A DNA stretch of 63,939 nucleotides. Origin: Spirochaetia bacterium. GTDB lineage: Bacteria; Oederibacteriota; PGYV01; Palsa-1178. Of the stretch, positions 38,340 through 48,515 are shown piece after piece; the first letter of the stretch is position 1, and each line of letters opens with the position of its first letter. The position numbers and the translations under genes are program-made. Below the pieces are notes generated by a model, which was not told where the DNA came from, made no database searches, and saw only the letters and a program-made list of their open reading frames with translations. Location: the NCBI GenBank assembly GCA_021372235.1, contig JAJFUW010000061.1:1-63939 (forward strand), in the 5' to 3' direction.

Positions 38340-38727
38340 ATACCATCTCTTTCCTGTTTTTTTACATGGAAATATCATATCACTCCCGCTTCTGACTTTC
38401 AATTCAAGACGGCCACGGTTTATTGCATACTTTCGTGTGTAAATTCGTTACAGTATTCATCACCTCTCCACACGTGACAGTTCAAATAGAGAAGGAACCG
38501 CAGAGGTAATCCTGCTTTTTAAGAGAGATATGTATTGCCGAAACCTCATCCGACGTCACAGGCTATGACCGACGGCGTCACTCCCATCCTTTTTTCCCGC
38601 TTCAAACGCGGGCAAGGGCGTGGTATATAAATACCGATAAAAAAAGTTACATGATTTTTCGACTATTTTTAATCCACACTCAAATAAATACGGTATCCGT
38701 CATCGGGTATTTTTAATCATTCAGCGG

Positions 38728-38766
38728 CCAAAAAGGTAAAAAGGCGGACAATGTCCGCCTTTTTAC
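38728..38766 (-). terminator. Intrinsic terminator (hairpin GGCGGAC-att-GTCCGCC with flanking A/T runs)
   Basis: Lies 16 nt downstream of the 38782 stop. Confidence 0.75.
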
Positions 38767-38781
38767 CTTTTTCCGTAACTT

Positions 38782-39366
38782 TTATTTATTGTTATAATTC
38801 ATATTCTGTTTCTTTGCTTTTGCCCTTTCCTTTGCTTCCTGTTTCTGTTCTTTTGATGCGTTTTTCCATTTGTTTTTCCCGTTTTCCTTTAGTGCGGTTT
38901 TTTCTTCGGCAGAAAGGCTGTTCCAGTATTCCTTTGACTCTTCCCTTTTCTGTTTTTTCTGCTCGTCAGAGAGTGAATCCCATTTTGCCTGTACTTTTGC
39001 GTTGATTTCCGCCCTTTGCTCCGGGGTCATGGCATTTAATTGCGCCTCCGCGTTTTCCTTTACTGCCTTTTTCTGTTCCTGTGTCATGTTCTGCCATTCC
39101 GCATTGGCCTTGTCAATTGCAGCCTGTTTCTGTTCCGCCGTCATGTTCTGCCACCGGACCTTAACCGCGTCCTTTGCCGCTTGTTTTTCTTGCTCAGTCA
39201 TGCTCTGCCATTTTTCCTGTAATACCAATTTCGCCTCCGCCTGCTGTTCCGGCGTCATTGCCTCATAGGCCATCATATAATTTTTTGCCTGGCCTGTGGA
39301 ATCCTCCGCGAAAACAGGAAACGCCGTCATCATTACCAAAACCGCTGCTGCCACAAATTTTCTCAT
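38782..39366 (-). CDS. Periplasmic repeat protein with about 8 W-x-x-[ML]-[TS]-x-E-[QE]-K repeats (CpxP/Spy/ZraP-like LTxxQ flavour)
   Basis: Signal peptide; repeats WQSMTEQEK, WQNMTAEQK, WQNMTQEQK, LNAMTPEQR, WDSLSDEQK, WNSLSAEEK, WKNASKEQK. Confidence 0.65.
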   Translation of the reverse strand: MRKFVAAAVLVMMTAFPVFAEDSTGQAKNYMMAYEAMTPEQQAEAKLVLQEKWQSMTEQEKQAAKDAVKVRWQNMTAEQKQAAIDKANAEWQNMTQEQKKAVKENAEAQLNAMTPEQRAEINAKVQAKWDSLSDEQKKQKREESKEYWNSLSAEEKTALKENGKNKWKNASKEQKQEAKERAKAKKQNMNYNNK

Positions 39367-39425
39367 CTCATCCTCCTTTTTTTTTTAAGTGCGCCAGGCA
39401 ACCGGTTTGCCTTTTCGCCCTTAAT

Positions 39426-39459
39426 ATATTAGACGACAAAACGCATCGTCGGGTTACAT
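39426..39459 (-). promoter_or_regulatory. ECF-type promoter motif TGTAACCC-15 nt-CGTC-TAATAT
   Basis: Same motif and spacing as 41265..41298. Sits at the anti-sigma stop, upstream of the repeat-protein gene. Confidence 0.55.
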
Positions 39460-40079
39460 CAGACTCCGGTTTTTTCCGGAACAGCGCTGTCCGGCGCGCT
39501 ATTTGTTATGTCGGAGGTGTCCTCCCCGAGTTCCGCCAGGACCGCCGCCTCCTCTATCATAATATCTTCATATATCATAATGTCTTCATGTACAGTTTCA
39601 GTTTCTTCAACTGATGCGCTGTCAAAAGTTTCAACGGCAACGGCAGCAATGGTGATTTTTTCTTCTTCATTGTCTGTATTATATAACCGCAAGGCGGCAG
39701 GCGAAGCTGCAGGTTTTATTGCCGTCTCTACGCCTTTTCCTTTTTTTGTGTATGGTATCACAAATAAAACAGACGCCACTAAAAACACGGCTGCGGCCGC
39801 GGCAGTAATTTCAAACACATGCATATCATCATGCGGTTTCCTGTTAATCTTGCCTATTTTTTCGGAGAGTTTCACTCCGTATTTATCCCAGTATTCCTCG
39901 CTCATTTCAGGGGCCCTGTTGTCATCTGATATTTTCATAAGCATTCCGGTCTTTTTGAGTTCCGTGGCACATCTGCCACACACGGAAACATGCGAGTCAA
40001 CAAGAGAACGTTCCTGATTTGAAAGCATTCCCGTGTAATAAAGCGATATTAATTCCTCGAATTCGGCGCATTTTTTCAT
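39459..40079 (-). CDS. Anti-sigma factor (zf-HC2 type) with one TM helix
   Basis: MKKCAEFEELISLYYTG...HVSVCGRCATEL, and TM helix ITAAAAAVFLVASVLFVI. Confidence 0.75.
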   Translation of the reverse strand: MKKCAEFEELISLYYTGMLSNQERSLVDSHVSVCGRCATELKKTGMLMKISDDNRAPEMSEEYWDKYGVKLSEKIGKINRKPHDDMHVFEITAAAAAVFLVASVLFVIPYTKKGKGVETAIKPAASPAALRLYNTDNEEEKITIAAVAVETFDSASVEETETVHEDIMIYEDIMIEEAAVLAELGEDTSDITNSAPDSAVPEKTGV

Positions 40080-40083
40080 GTTT

Positions 40084-40698
40084 TTACCTCTTTGAACCGT
40101 CAAGATATACATCCATGACAGTCCTCATTTTTTTTATGGCGCGCGCCAGGTGGGATTTTACCGTGCCCTGCGCGCATTTCATCACTCCCGCAATCTCACC
40201 GACGTCCATGCCGTTATAGACATTGAGTATGAACGCTGTTTTCTGGGTATCAGGCAGCAGTTTGAGCGCGTCCCGGAGTTTTTCAACCGCCTCATTATTT
40301 TCCGCTGCATCAGACGGCTTTATTGCTCCCGTATCCTCCAACTTGCTCATGTCCTGTTGTTCATCATCCCCGGTCTGCGAAAATAGCATGAATTTTATCC
40401 CCCTTTTTTTTCTAAAATCAAGGCACAGGTTTACCGTAATTCTGTAGAACCATGTACTGAAAGATGAATCATTCCTGAAACTCTTTATGGACCCGTAAAC
40501 CCTCATGAAGGCCTGCTGCGAGATATCCTCCGCGTCCTCTTTATTATTTACATAACGGTAGGCTATGTTAAAAGCGTCTTTTTTATACTTATCAACCAGC
40601 CTGTCAAAAGCGCGGCTGTCCCCTGACTGAAACCGGCTTATAATCTCCCGATCCTCTTCCGCCCGTTGATTCACCGTTTCACCTGCTTTGCCTTTCAC
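40084..40698 (-). CDS. ECF-family RNA polymerase sigma factor
   Basis: Region 2 (DAEDISQQAFMRVY...FSTWFYRITVN) and region 4 (MDVGEIAGVMKCAQGTVKSHLARA). Confidence 0.9.
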   Translation of the reverse strand: MKGKAGETVNQRAEEDREIISRFQSGDSRAFDRLVDKYKKDAFNIAYRYVNNKEDAEDISQQAFMRVYGSIKSFRNDSSFSTWFYRITVNLCLDFRKKRGIKFMLFSQTGDDEQQDMSKLEDTGAIKPSDAAENNEAVEKLRDALKLLPDTQKTAFILNVYNGMDVGEIAGVMKCAQGTVKSHLARAIKKMRTVMDVYLDGSKR

Positions 40699-41218
40699 GT
40701 CTTTTGCCGGCGTTTCTTTCCTTTAGCCTGCTATTTATTTCTTCTTTAAGTTTAAGTTTTTCCCTGATTTTTTCCTTGTTGTCATCCGGATTTTTTTCAA
40801 TTTCATCATGCGTTTTCATTTTTTCCATGGTAACCTTTATCCTCGCATTAATGCGTTCCTGAAAATCCGCAACCCCGGCAACCGCCGCGCTTTTCCCGCC
40901 GCTTATTTTTTTGATTATGCGCTCCCTGCCTGCAGCTACAATTTTCGAGTATGCCTCCGGGTCTGTCAATTTCAGTTCATTCATCTTTTTCACGGCTTCC
41001 GCGGTTTTATTCTCTAAAAACTTCTTATAACCCGCAGGATCGCTTTTTTTTAGCTCTTTTAAGGCGGTTATCTCTTCCGCACTGAAGACCAGAACGCCGT
41101 TCCAGCCTTCGTCAGCGGCTAAAACACGTGCAGTCATAAACAGCGGCAAAATAAAGGATAATATGCCGGTCATTACGAAACTCCACTTCTTACTTTTTAA
41201 AAAGTCGCTTTTTCCCAT
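40679..41218 (-). CDS. Exported helical hypothetical protein (first gene of the ECF operon)
   Basis: Signal peptide ...LFMTARVLAADEG; Lys/Glu-rich helical sequence. Confidence 0.6.
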   Translation of the reverse strand: MGKSDFLKSKKWSFVMTGILSFILPLFMTARVLAADEGWNGVLVFSAEEITALKELKKSDPAGYKKFLENKTAEAVKKMNELKLTDPEAYSKIVAAGRERIIKKISGGKSAAVAGVADFQERINARIKVTMEKMKTHDEIEKNPDDNKEKIREKLKLKEEINSRLKERNAGKRRERQSR

Positions 41219-41264
41219 TTTTATCCTCCATTTAATAAAAATTGTGTCCGGCGTGCCTGTCTTT

Positions 41265-41298
41265 ATATTTGACGAAAAACCGGCCTCCCGGGTTACAT
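41265..41298 (-). promoter_or_regulatory. ECF-type promoter motif TGTAACCC-15 nt-CGTC-AAATAT
   Basis: About 45 nt upstream of the operon's first ATG. Matches the AAC-N17-CGT ECF pattern. Confidence 0.55.
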
Positions 41299-41436
41299 GG
41301 TAAAAAATACATAGTAACTACGGTTTACAACCGGCAATCCCGGCAATAGTTAGCCGCCCGCGTCATACCATTTTTTTACACTTGCCCATACTCCATTCGT
41401 GTTTTTTCCATATGCAACAAAATTTAATTTTTTATC

Positions 41437-41620
41437 TCCGCTTTCCCGGCTTTTCATATAGGTCTTCAAACGCGTCTGAAATATATTTTAGGAATATATG
41501 TTTGTATTCGGATGCGTCTACATTTTTACGGAATTTGTCAGCGGTTTCCGCAGTTGTTCCTTAAAATCGGTCTCCCCGTATTTTTTTTCGCTCTTTTTTA
41601 TATTTTTTATCGTCCTTCAT
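41437..41620 (-). pseudogene. hsdM: hsdM N-terminal remnant (~60 codons, frameshifted)
   Basis: Minus-strand translation gives ...[35 protein letters not shown]. Compare the intact HsdM: LWKAADKLRKNIDAAEYKH..FLKYISGAFEELYEK. Confidence 0.65.
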
Positions 41621-41708
41621 TTATCTACCCCCGATATCTCAAAAACTCTTTAACTTTTCACTGTTATAAATCCACATATTTCAAATAACAACAGATTTGA
41701 CAAATGTC

Positions 41709-41740
41709 AAAAATAAAGGCGGGCTCTCGCCCGCCTCTAT
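41709..41740 (-). terminator. Intrinsic terminator downstream of ahcY
   Basis: GAGGCGGGC-gaga-GCCCGCCTT followed by TATTTTT. Confidence 0.75.
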
Positions 41741-41780
41741 GCTAAAAACCATAAACTATGTTGTTTGAGTATCTGTCTTT

Positions 41781-41833
41781 TGGACCATGGACCCATTTTT
41801 TGGGGCCCTGGGATCTGCAACCTGGACCCGCTT
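41781..41833 (-). repeat. Family A stop-abutting GGNCC-rich repeat
   Basis: Minus strand: TAA-AAGCGGGTCCAGGTTGCAGATCCCAGGGCCCCAAAAAATGGGTCCATGGTCC. Confidence 0.7.
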
Positions 41834-43108
<1,275 letters not shown>

Positions 43109-43195
43109 TTATTTTTCCTTCTGGACCGCCATTACACGGCCTCCGGACGGTGTGGTAGCGCAAGCCCCTGCGGAGTTTTAATCTAAAACAACGTC

Positions 43196-43230
43196 CTTTG
43201 GAAACCGGGGCCTGCGGTTCGGGGCCGTAT
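43196..43230 (-). repeat. Family A-like stop-abutting repeat
   Basis: Minus strand: TAA-ATACGGCCCCGAACCGCAGGCCCCGGTTTCCAAAGG. Confidence 0.5.
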
Positions 43231-44400
43231 TTATTTTTTTAGTCCCAGCACTTTACGCAACTGCGCCGCTTTGTCAGTTTTCTCCCATGTAAAGTCAGGG
43301 TCGTTGCGGCCGAAATGGCCGTATGACGCTGTCTTCCGGTATATGGGCCTGCGGAGGTTCAGAGTCTCGATTATCCCCTTGGGTTTTAGGTTGAACACTT
43401 TCCTGACGGCCTCGGATATCTTTGCTTCCGGAACTTTTGCCGTGCCGAAAGTCTCGACCAGAACCGAGGTCGGCTCCGCCACGCCTATGGCATAGGAGAG
43501 CTGGACCTCGCATTTATCAGCGAGTTTCGCGGCCACAACATTTTTTGCCACGTAACGTGCCATGTAAGCCGCCGAGCGGTCCACTTTGCTCGGGTCCTTG
43601 CCCGAGAACGCGCCGCCGCCATGCCTGCCCATGCCGCCGTAGGTGTCCACTATTATCTTCCTGCCGGTAACCCCGGTGTCGCCCTCAGGGCCGCCGACTA
43701 CGAACTTGCCCGTGGGATTGACGAATATTTTCGTCCCTTTGTTTATGAGCTTTTTCGGTATTACCGGGAGGATGACCTTTGCTATGATATCCTTGCGTAT
43801 CTGCTCAAGCGTGACGTCCGGGTCATGCTGGGTGGAAACAACGATAGCGGTGATGGAGACCGGCTTTCCATTCTTGTAGGCCACCGATACCTGCGACTTG
43901 CCGTCCGGCCTCAAATATTTCAGGACCTTTTTCTCGCGGAGTTCCTGGAGTTTTTCAACCAGCCTGTGGGAGAGTATTATCGGAAGCGGCATCAGTTCTT
44001 TTGTCTCGTTGGTCGCGTAACCGAACATCATGCCCTGGTCTCCGGCGCCCTGCTCGTGGCCGGAATTTTCGTCGACGCCCATGGCGATATCGGGAGACTG
44101 TTTGGATATGGATATGAGCACTTTGCAGTTGTCCGCGTCTATTCCCTTTTCCGCCGATGTGTAGCCGATGTCGCGCAGCGTCTTGCGCGCGACCTTTTCA
44201 AAATCCACTTTTGCCGTTGTAGTTATCTCGCCCGCAACCACGACGAGGTTTTTTGCGAGGAGTGTTTCGCACGCCACGCGGCTCATGGGATCCTGCGCGT
44301 ATATGGCGTCAAGTACCGCGTCCGATATCTGGTCCGCGCATTTGTCCGGGTGTCCTGATGTGACTGATTCAGATGTAAAAAGACCTTCTCTAATCTCCAT
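43231..44400 (-). CDS. metK: S-adenosylmethionine synthetase
   Basis: [48 protein letters not shown]. Confidence 0.96.
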   Translation of the reverse strand: MEIREGLFTSESVTSGHPDKCADQISDAVLDAIYAQDPMSRVACETLLAKNLVVVAGEITTTAKVDFEKVARKTLRDIGYTSAEKGIDADNCKVLISISKQSPDIAMGVDENSGHEQGAGDQGMMFGYATNETKELMPLPIILSHRLVEKLQELREKKVLKYLRPDGKSQVSVAYKNGKPVSITAIVVSTQHDPDVTLEQIRKDIIAKVILPVIPKKLINKGTKIFVNPTGKFVVGGPEGDTGVTGRKIIVDTYGGMGRHGGGAFSGKDPSKVDRSAAYMARYVAKNVVAAKLADKCEVQLSYAIGVAEPTSVLVETFGTAKVPEAKISEAVRKVFNLKPKGIIETLNLRRPIYRKTASYGHFGRNDPDFTWEKTDKAAQLRKVLGLKK

Positions 44401-44539
44401 TTTTATCCGCCTCCTGGCTGTTGAATATATTTTTTTGTTTTAAAAAGCAAAAAAATTATATCACAGGGGGTTAGGGAATTCCATAAGTAAATATACTTAC
44501 GTTGCTTACGTTGCCAAAAATTTTAATAAACGCTCCTGC

Positions 44540-45165
44540 CTGCCGCGATATGCCGCGTATATTTCAACGCCGTTTTACCTGTCTGCTCCTGCATTATAAA
44601 CGGCGATTTGCATAAAACTACTATGGTTCGCCGCGGTTGTGAACCTCTCATCCTGTGCCTGCATGGTGTTCGGGAACGGTTATACGGCCTATGGCTGCTG
44701 CCAGAGCGGCTATTTCTGTGTGGATACATAGACGACCTGCGGTTCGTGCATCCGCCGGCTTTTACGGTCGCACCAACAGTCACTCCGACTTAACGGTAAC
44801 AGTTGGCCCCGACGACAACACCCACATGCACATCCACTTTTACCGCCACGCCGGCCTCCGCCAACACGCCTGTCCGCTTCGAGTTCGTGTTAAAGGCCAT
44901 ATTCCCCCAACCCCGGCACAATCGACACGCGCCTTGTCTGCTGGCCCGGCATAGACGCCGCGGTTGTTTTCAAACGGTTCCGGGAGAAATCGTTCGGAAT
45001 GAAACGGACCGGGGCGATGGCGCTATAACGCATGGTATCGGGACGGAAAGAACCGGGACAATAAAAAGGCGGCGAGCGGCGTATTTATAATCAGGACGTA
45101 CGCCATAGACCCTATATACGGCGGCACATCCCCGCTGTCTTTCTGCAAGACTGCGCTGGTAAAAT
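44540..45165 (+). pseudogene. Heavily frameshifted remnant of a Thr-rich surface protein with C-terminal sorting-type domain
   Basis: Pieces in three frames: ...FTVAPTVTPT, APTTTPTCTSTFTATP, (Y)SPNPGTIDTRLV, SGEIVRNETDRGDGAI, KAASGVFIIRTYAIDP... Confidence 0.55.
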
Positions 45166-45200
45166 AAAAAACCGCGGGAGAAACTCCCGCGGTTTTTTAT
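45165..45200. terminator. Bidirectional intrinsic terminator
   Basis: AAAAAA-CCGCGGGAG-aaa-CTCCCGCGG-TTTTTTATTTT, between convergent genes. Confidence 0.75.
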
Positions 45201-45219
45201 TTTACGGTGTGTCTTTGTA

Positions 45220-45927
45220 TCATACCGCCGCGAGACGGCCCGTTATCCTGACATTACCCGCATAATGCCTCATGCGTGCGGCAAAAGCCTCCACAAAACT
45301 CTCTGAAAACGGCACCGTAGAGGAGAGCGACGGGGAAAACGTTTCCGCGTTGGAGAATTGCTGGAGCGAGTACTGTTTGGCCCCGTTTATCATCGCGCCT
45401 ATCTTGTCCGCGTCCTCGGCCTGTATGAAACCCGGCACCAGGGTGGTGCGGAACTCGTAATCCACGCCGGAGTTCATTATGAGTTTTATGGACTCCCGGA
45501 CGCGTTCAACCTCAACTTTTGCCCCGCATGCTTCGCTGTAGCGTTCAGGAGATGTTTTTATGTCCATTGCCACGTAGTCCGCGACGCCTCGCTCAAATAT
45601 CTCCGCGAGAGCCTGCGGCCTGTAACCGTTGGTGTCGAGTTTTACTTTTAATCCCATTGACCTCAGTGCGGCCATGAAATCGGCCAGGTCCAGTTGCAGC
45701 GTGGGTTCGCCGCCTGTGATGACGACCCCCTCGACAAACCCGGCGCGGCCCGCGAGTTCCTCAAACACGTCGTCCTGTTCCAAAACCCTGTCATTCACCT
45801 TTATGAGACCCGGGTTATGACAGAAAGGACACGCAAAGTTGCACGGTGAAGTGTAGATGATGGATGCTATCTTTCCTGGATAATCTATGACCGATATGCC
45901 TTCGAATCCGTTGATACGCATTTCCAC
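45220..45927 (-). CDS. nrdG: Anaerobic ribonucleoside-triphosphate reductase activating protein (radical SAM)
   Basis: SVIDYPGKIASIIYTSPCNFACPFCHNP. Confidence 0.9.
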   Translation of the reverse strand: MEMRINGFEGISVIDYPGKIASIIYTSPCNFACPFCHNPGLIKVNDRVLEQDDVFEELAGRAGFVEGVVITGGEPTLQLDLADFMAALRSMGLKVKLDTNGYRPQALAEIFERGVADYVAMDIKTSPERYSEACGAKVEVERVRESIKLIMNSGVDYEFRTTLVPGFIQAEDADKIGAMINGAKQYSLQQFSNAETFSPSLSSTVPFSESFVEAFAARMRHYAGNVRITGRLAAV

Positions 45928-46018
45928 CTCTTTTTACGTTTAAATATTTTTGCAAGAAACACGCTCGCCCGGCCGCGCCTGCGTTTATGTTTATCCGCCT
46001 TTGCGGCGGGTGAGTTGT

Positions 46019-46216
46019 TTAGCCCGCTTTCCCCACGGCTGTTTCAACCGCAAATTCCACCCTGTCCTCGTACTCTTCCTGTTTGCCGTTGTTCCACTGC
46101 TTTACCGGCCTGAAATAACCGACTATCCTCGACCACACTTCACATTCCGTACCTTTCACGTTCTGCAGCTGGTTTTCGAGTTCTTCCAGTTTGGCGAGCA
46201 GTTCTGTTCTCTCCAT
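46019..46216 (-). CDS. Stand-alone glycyl-radical domain of class III ribonucleotide reductase (65 aa)
   Basis: ...GTECEVWSRIVGYFRPVKQWNNGKQEEYEDRVEF is the NrdD C-terminal R-[IV]-x-G-Y radical motif. Strong SD (AAAGGAGAAAAGC-ATG). Confidence 0.8.
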   Translation of the reverse strand: MERTELLAKLEELENQLQNVKGTECEVWSRIVGYFRPVKQWNNGKQEEYEDRVEFAVETAVGKAG

Positions 46217-46284
46217 GCTTTTCTCCTTTTAAAAATGTATTTTATAAAAACTGTTTTTGTCTCTCTGCGTCCTTTAATTCCCCA

Positions 46285-46309
46285 GGACAGCACGGGAGTG
46301 CTGCTGTCC
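46285..46309 (-). repeat. Family E hairpin, copy 2
   Basis: GGACAGCAC-GGGA-GTGCTGCTGTCC. Confidence 0.65.
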
Positions 46310-46335
46310 CTGCGAAACCAAAAATCGCAACAACC

Positions 46336-46359
46336 GCCTTTTGGAACCTGGAACCGTTT
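46336..46359 (-). repeat. Family A stop-abutting repeat
   Basis: Minus strand: TAA-AAACGGTTCCAGGTTCCAAAAGG. Confidence 0.65.
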
Positions 46360-48411
46360 TTACTCCACCCCTGCCTCCAACTTTTCCTTTATATCTTCTA
46401 TCTGCTTTAATAAATCCTGCTGAGCCTCGGCCTTGCATGTCGGGCACTCAAAGTGCTCGCCCGCTATATAGCCGTGGTTGGGACACACGGAAAACGTCGG
46501 CGTTATCGAGTAGTAAGGCAGGTGGAACCTCTCGGCTATCTTTTTTACCAGGTCCTTGGTCCCCTGTATGTTCGGCAGTTTTTCACCCAGAAATATGTGG
46601 AAAACCGTGCCGCCCGTATAGCGTGTCTGCAGCGGGTCCTGATGGGTCAACGCCTTGAATACGTCTTTTGTGTGGTAAACCGGCAGCTGCGTGGAGTTCG
46701 TATAATAAGGCTCCTTTGCGCCCATCTGCCTGATGTCGTGGTATTTTTCCTTGTCTATCTTTGCCAGCCTGTAGGAGGTGCCTTCGCCCGGCGTGGCCTC
46801 CAGGTTAAACAGGTTACCCGTCTCCTCCTGATATTTTATCATCCTCGTACGCATGTATTCCAGTACCTCGATGGCGAAAGCGTTGCCCTCCTCGGAGGTG
46901 ATGTCCTTGCCCATGAAATTGAGCAGTGCCTCGTTCATGCCTATCAGGCCTATGGTGGAGAAGTGGTTTTTCCAGTAGCAGCCCATGCGCTGTTTGACGC
47001 CCGAGAGGTAATGTTTGGAGTAAGGATACAGCCCCTGGTCTGTCAGTTTTTCGAGTATTTTCCTTTTTGTCTCGAGCGACTCTTTTGCCAAATCCATGAG
47101 GTATGAGAGTTCATTAAAAAATCCGTCCCTGTCATTTTTGTATTTGTATCCGAGTCTGGGCATGTTTATGGTGACCACGCCCACCGAACCCGTGAGCGGG
47201 TTGGACCCGAAAAGCCCGCCGCCGCGTTTGCGCAGTTCGCGGTTGTCCAGGCGGAGCCTGCAGCACATGGAGCGCGCGTCCTCTGGGCTCATATCCGAAT
47301 TTACGAAGTTCGCGAAATACGGTATGCCGTATTTCGCCGTCATCTCCCAGACCGGATCCAGTTCGGGGTTTTCCCAGTCGAAATCCTTTGATATGTTGTA
47401 CGTGGGTATGGGGAATGTGAATATCCTGCCCTTTGCGTCTCCCTCGAGCATGACCTCGGCAAATGCGCGGTTTATCATGTACATCTCCGCCTGGCAGTCG
47501 CCGTATGTCATGTCCGTTATCTCGCCGCCTATGACCACGGCCTCATCTTTCATCATGGAAGGGACCTTGATGTCCATGGTGATGTTCGTGAACGGCGTCT
47601 GGAAACCGACGCGCGTCGGTATGTTCATGTTAAAAAGGAAACGCCTCATGGCGCGTTTGACTTCCTCGTATGGGAGCTGCGTGTAACGTATGTAAGGCGC
47701 CAGCAGTGTGTCAAAGTTCGCGAAAGCCTGCGCGCCCGCGGCCTCGCCCTGAAGCGTGTAAAAGAAGTTCACTATCTGCCCGAGCGCCGATTCGAAATGG
47801 GTCGGAGGCGCGGACTCTATCTTGCCCTCGACCCCGCCGAAACCCTGCATCAGGAGGTCCTTCAGGTCCCAGCCGCAGCAGTAAACTGACAACAGCCCCA
47901 GATCGTGCAGGTGCAATGAGCCGTCCGTATGAGCTTCCTTTATCTCGGGCGAGTAAATCTTGTTGAGCCAGTATGTGGAGGTGACAATGGAAGAGACGTG
48001 GTTGTTCAAGCCCTGGAGGGAATACGACATGTTGGAATTTTCTTTTATCCTCCAGTCGAGTTTCCTTATATAATCGTCGATGAGTGTTGTCGAATCCTTG
48101 AGCAGGTTCTTGACGTCCCTCATCTTGGCGTGCTGGTCGCGGTAAAGAATGTATGATTTCGCTATGTTGGTCTGGCCGTTGTTTATGAGGGTCGTTTCCA
48201 CGAGGTCCTGGATGTTCTCAACCGTGGGTATCTTGCCGTCCTTGTAAACCACGTTCACTATGGACGCTACCTGTTCGGATATGCGCTCCGCCTTTTCGCG
48301 CTCATAGTTGTTATTTGCCTTAAATGCCTTAAATATAGCCTCGGTTATTTTAGGCTGGTCAAATGGGTCAATGCGGCCGTCGCGCTTCCTGATGTACCCG
48401 ACTTTGTTCAT
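46360..48411 (-). CDS. nrdD: Anaerobic ribonucleoside-triphosphate reductase, large chain lacking the glycyl-radical tail
   Basis: N-terminal ATP-cone, NrdD core blocks; ends ...SVCPNHGYIAGEHFECPTCKAEAQQDLLKQIEDIKEKLEAGVE with no RxxGY motif. Confidence 0.93.
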   Translation of the reverse strand: MNKVGYIRKRDGRIDPFDQPKITEAIFKAFKANNNYEREKAERISEQVASIVNVVYKDGKIPTVENIQDLVETTLINNGQTNIAKSYILYRDQHAKMRDVKNLLKDSTTLIDDYIRKLDWRIKENSNMSYSLQGLNNHVSSIVTSTYWLNKIYSPEIKEAHTDGSLHLHDLGLLSVYCCGWDLKDLLMQGFGGVEGKIESAPPTHFESALGQIVNFFYTLQGEAAGAQAFANFDTLLAPYIRYTQLPYEEVKRAMRRFLFNMNIPTRVGFQTPFTNITMDIKVPSMMKDEAVVIGGEITDMTYGDCQAEMYMINRAFAEVMLEGDAKGRIFTFPIPTYNISKDFDWENPELDPVWEMTAKYGIPYFANFVNSDMSPEDARSMCCRLRLDNRELRKRGGGLFGSNPLTGSVGVVTINMPRLGYKYKNDRDGFFNELSYLMDLAKESLETKRKILEKLTDQGLYPYSKHYLSGVKQRMGCYWKNHFSTIGLIGMNEALLNFMGKDITSEEGNAFAIEVLEYMRTRMIKYQEETGNLFNLEATPGEGTSYRLAKIDKEKYHDIRQMGAKEPYYTNSTQLPVYHTKDVFKALTHQDPLQTRYTGGTVFHIFLGEKLPNIQGTKDLVKKIAERFHLPYYSITPTFSVCPNHGYIAGEHFECPTCKAEAQQDLLKQIEDIKEKLEAGVE

Positions 48412-48515
48412 AAATCCACTCCTCTCCGGTCTTTTATTATGCGGCGCATTGTATGAAAACCCGGCAAATTAGTCAAGTCAAATGTTATATATGTTGTATT
48501 TTTTTCACCGCCGGA

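Noticed and set aside
36189-41700. Integrase/att-defined prophage or integrative element at tRNA-Cys
   Set aside because: No integrase, no phage genes, and no direct repeat of the tRNA 3' end were found. Only the compositional shift and the R-M remnants support an island.
44401-44520. SAM riboswitch upstream of metK
   Set aside because: Only about 60 nt separate the likely -10 element from the ATG, and none of the SAM-I/II/V consensus elements is visible.
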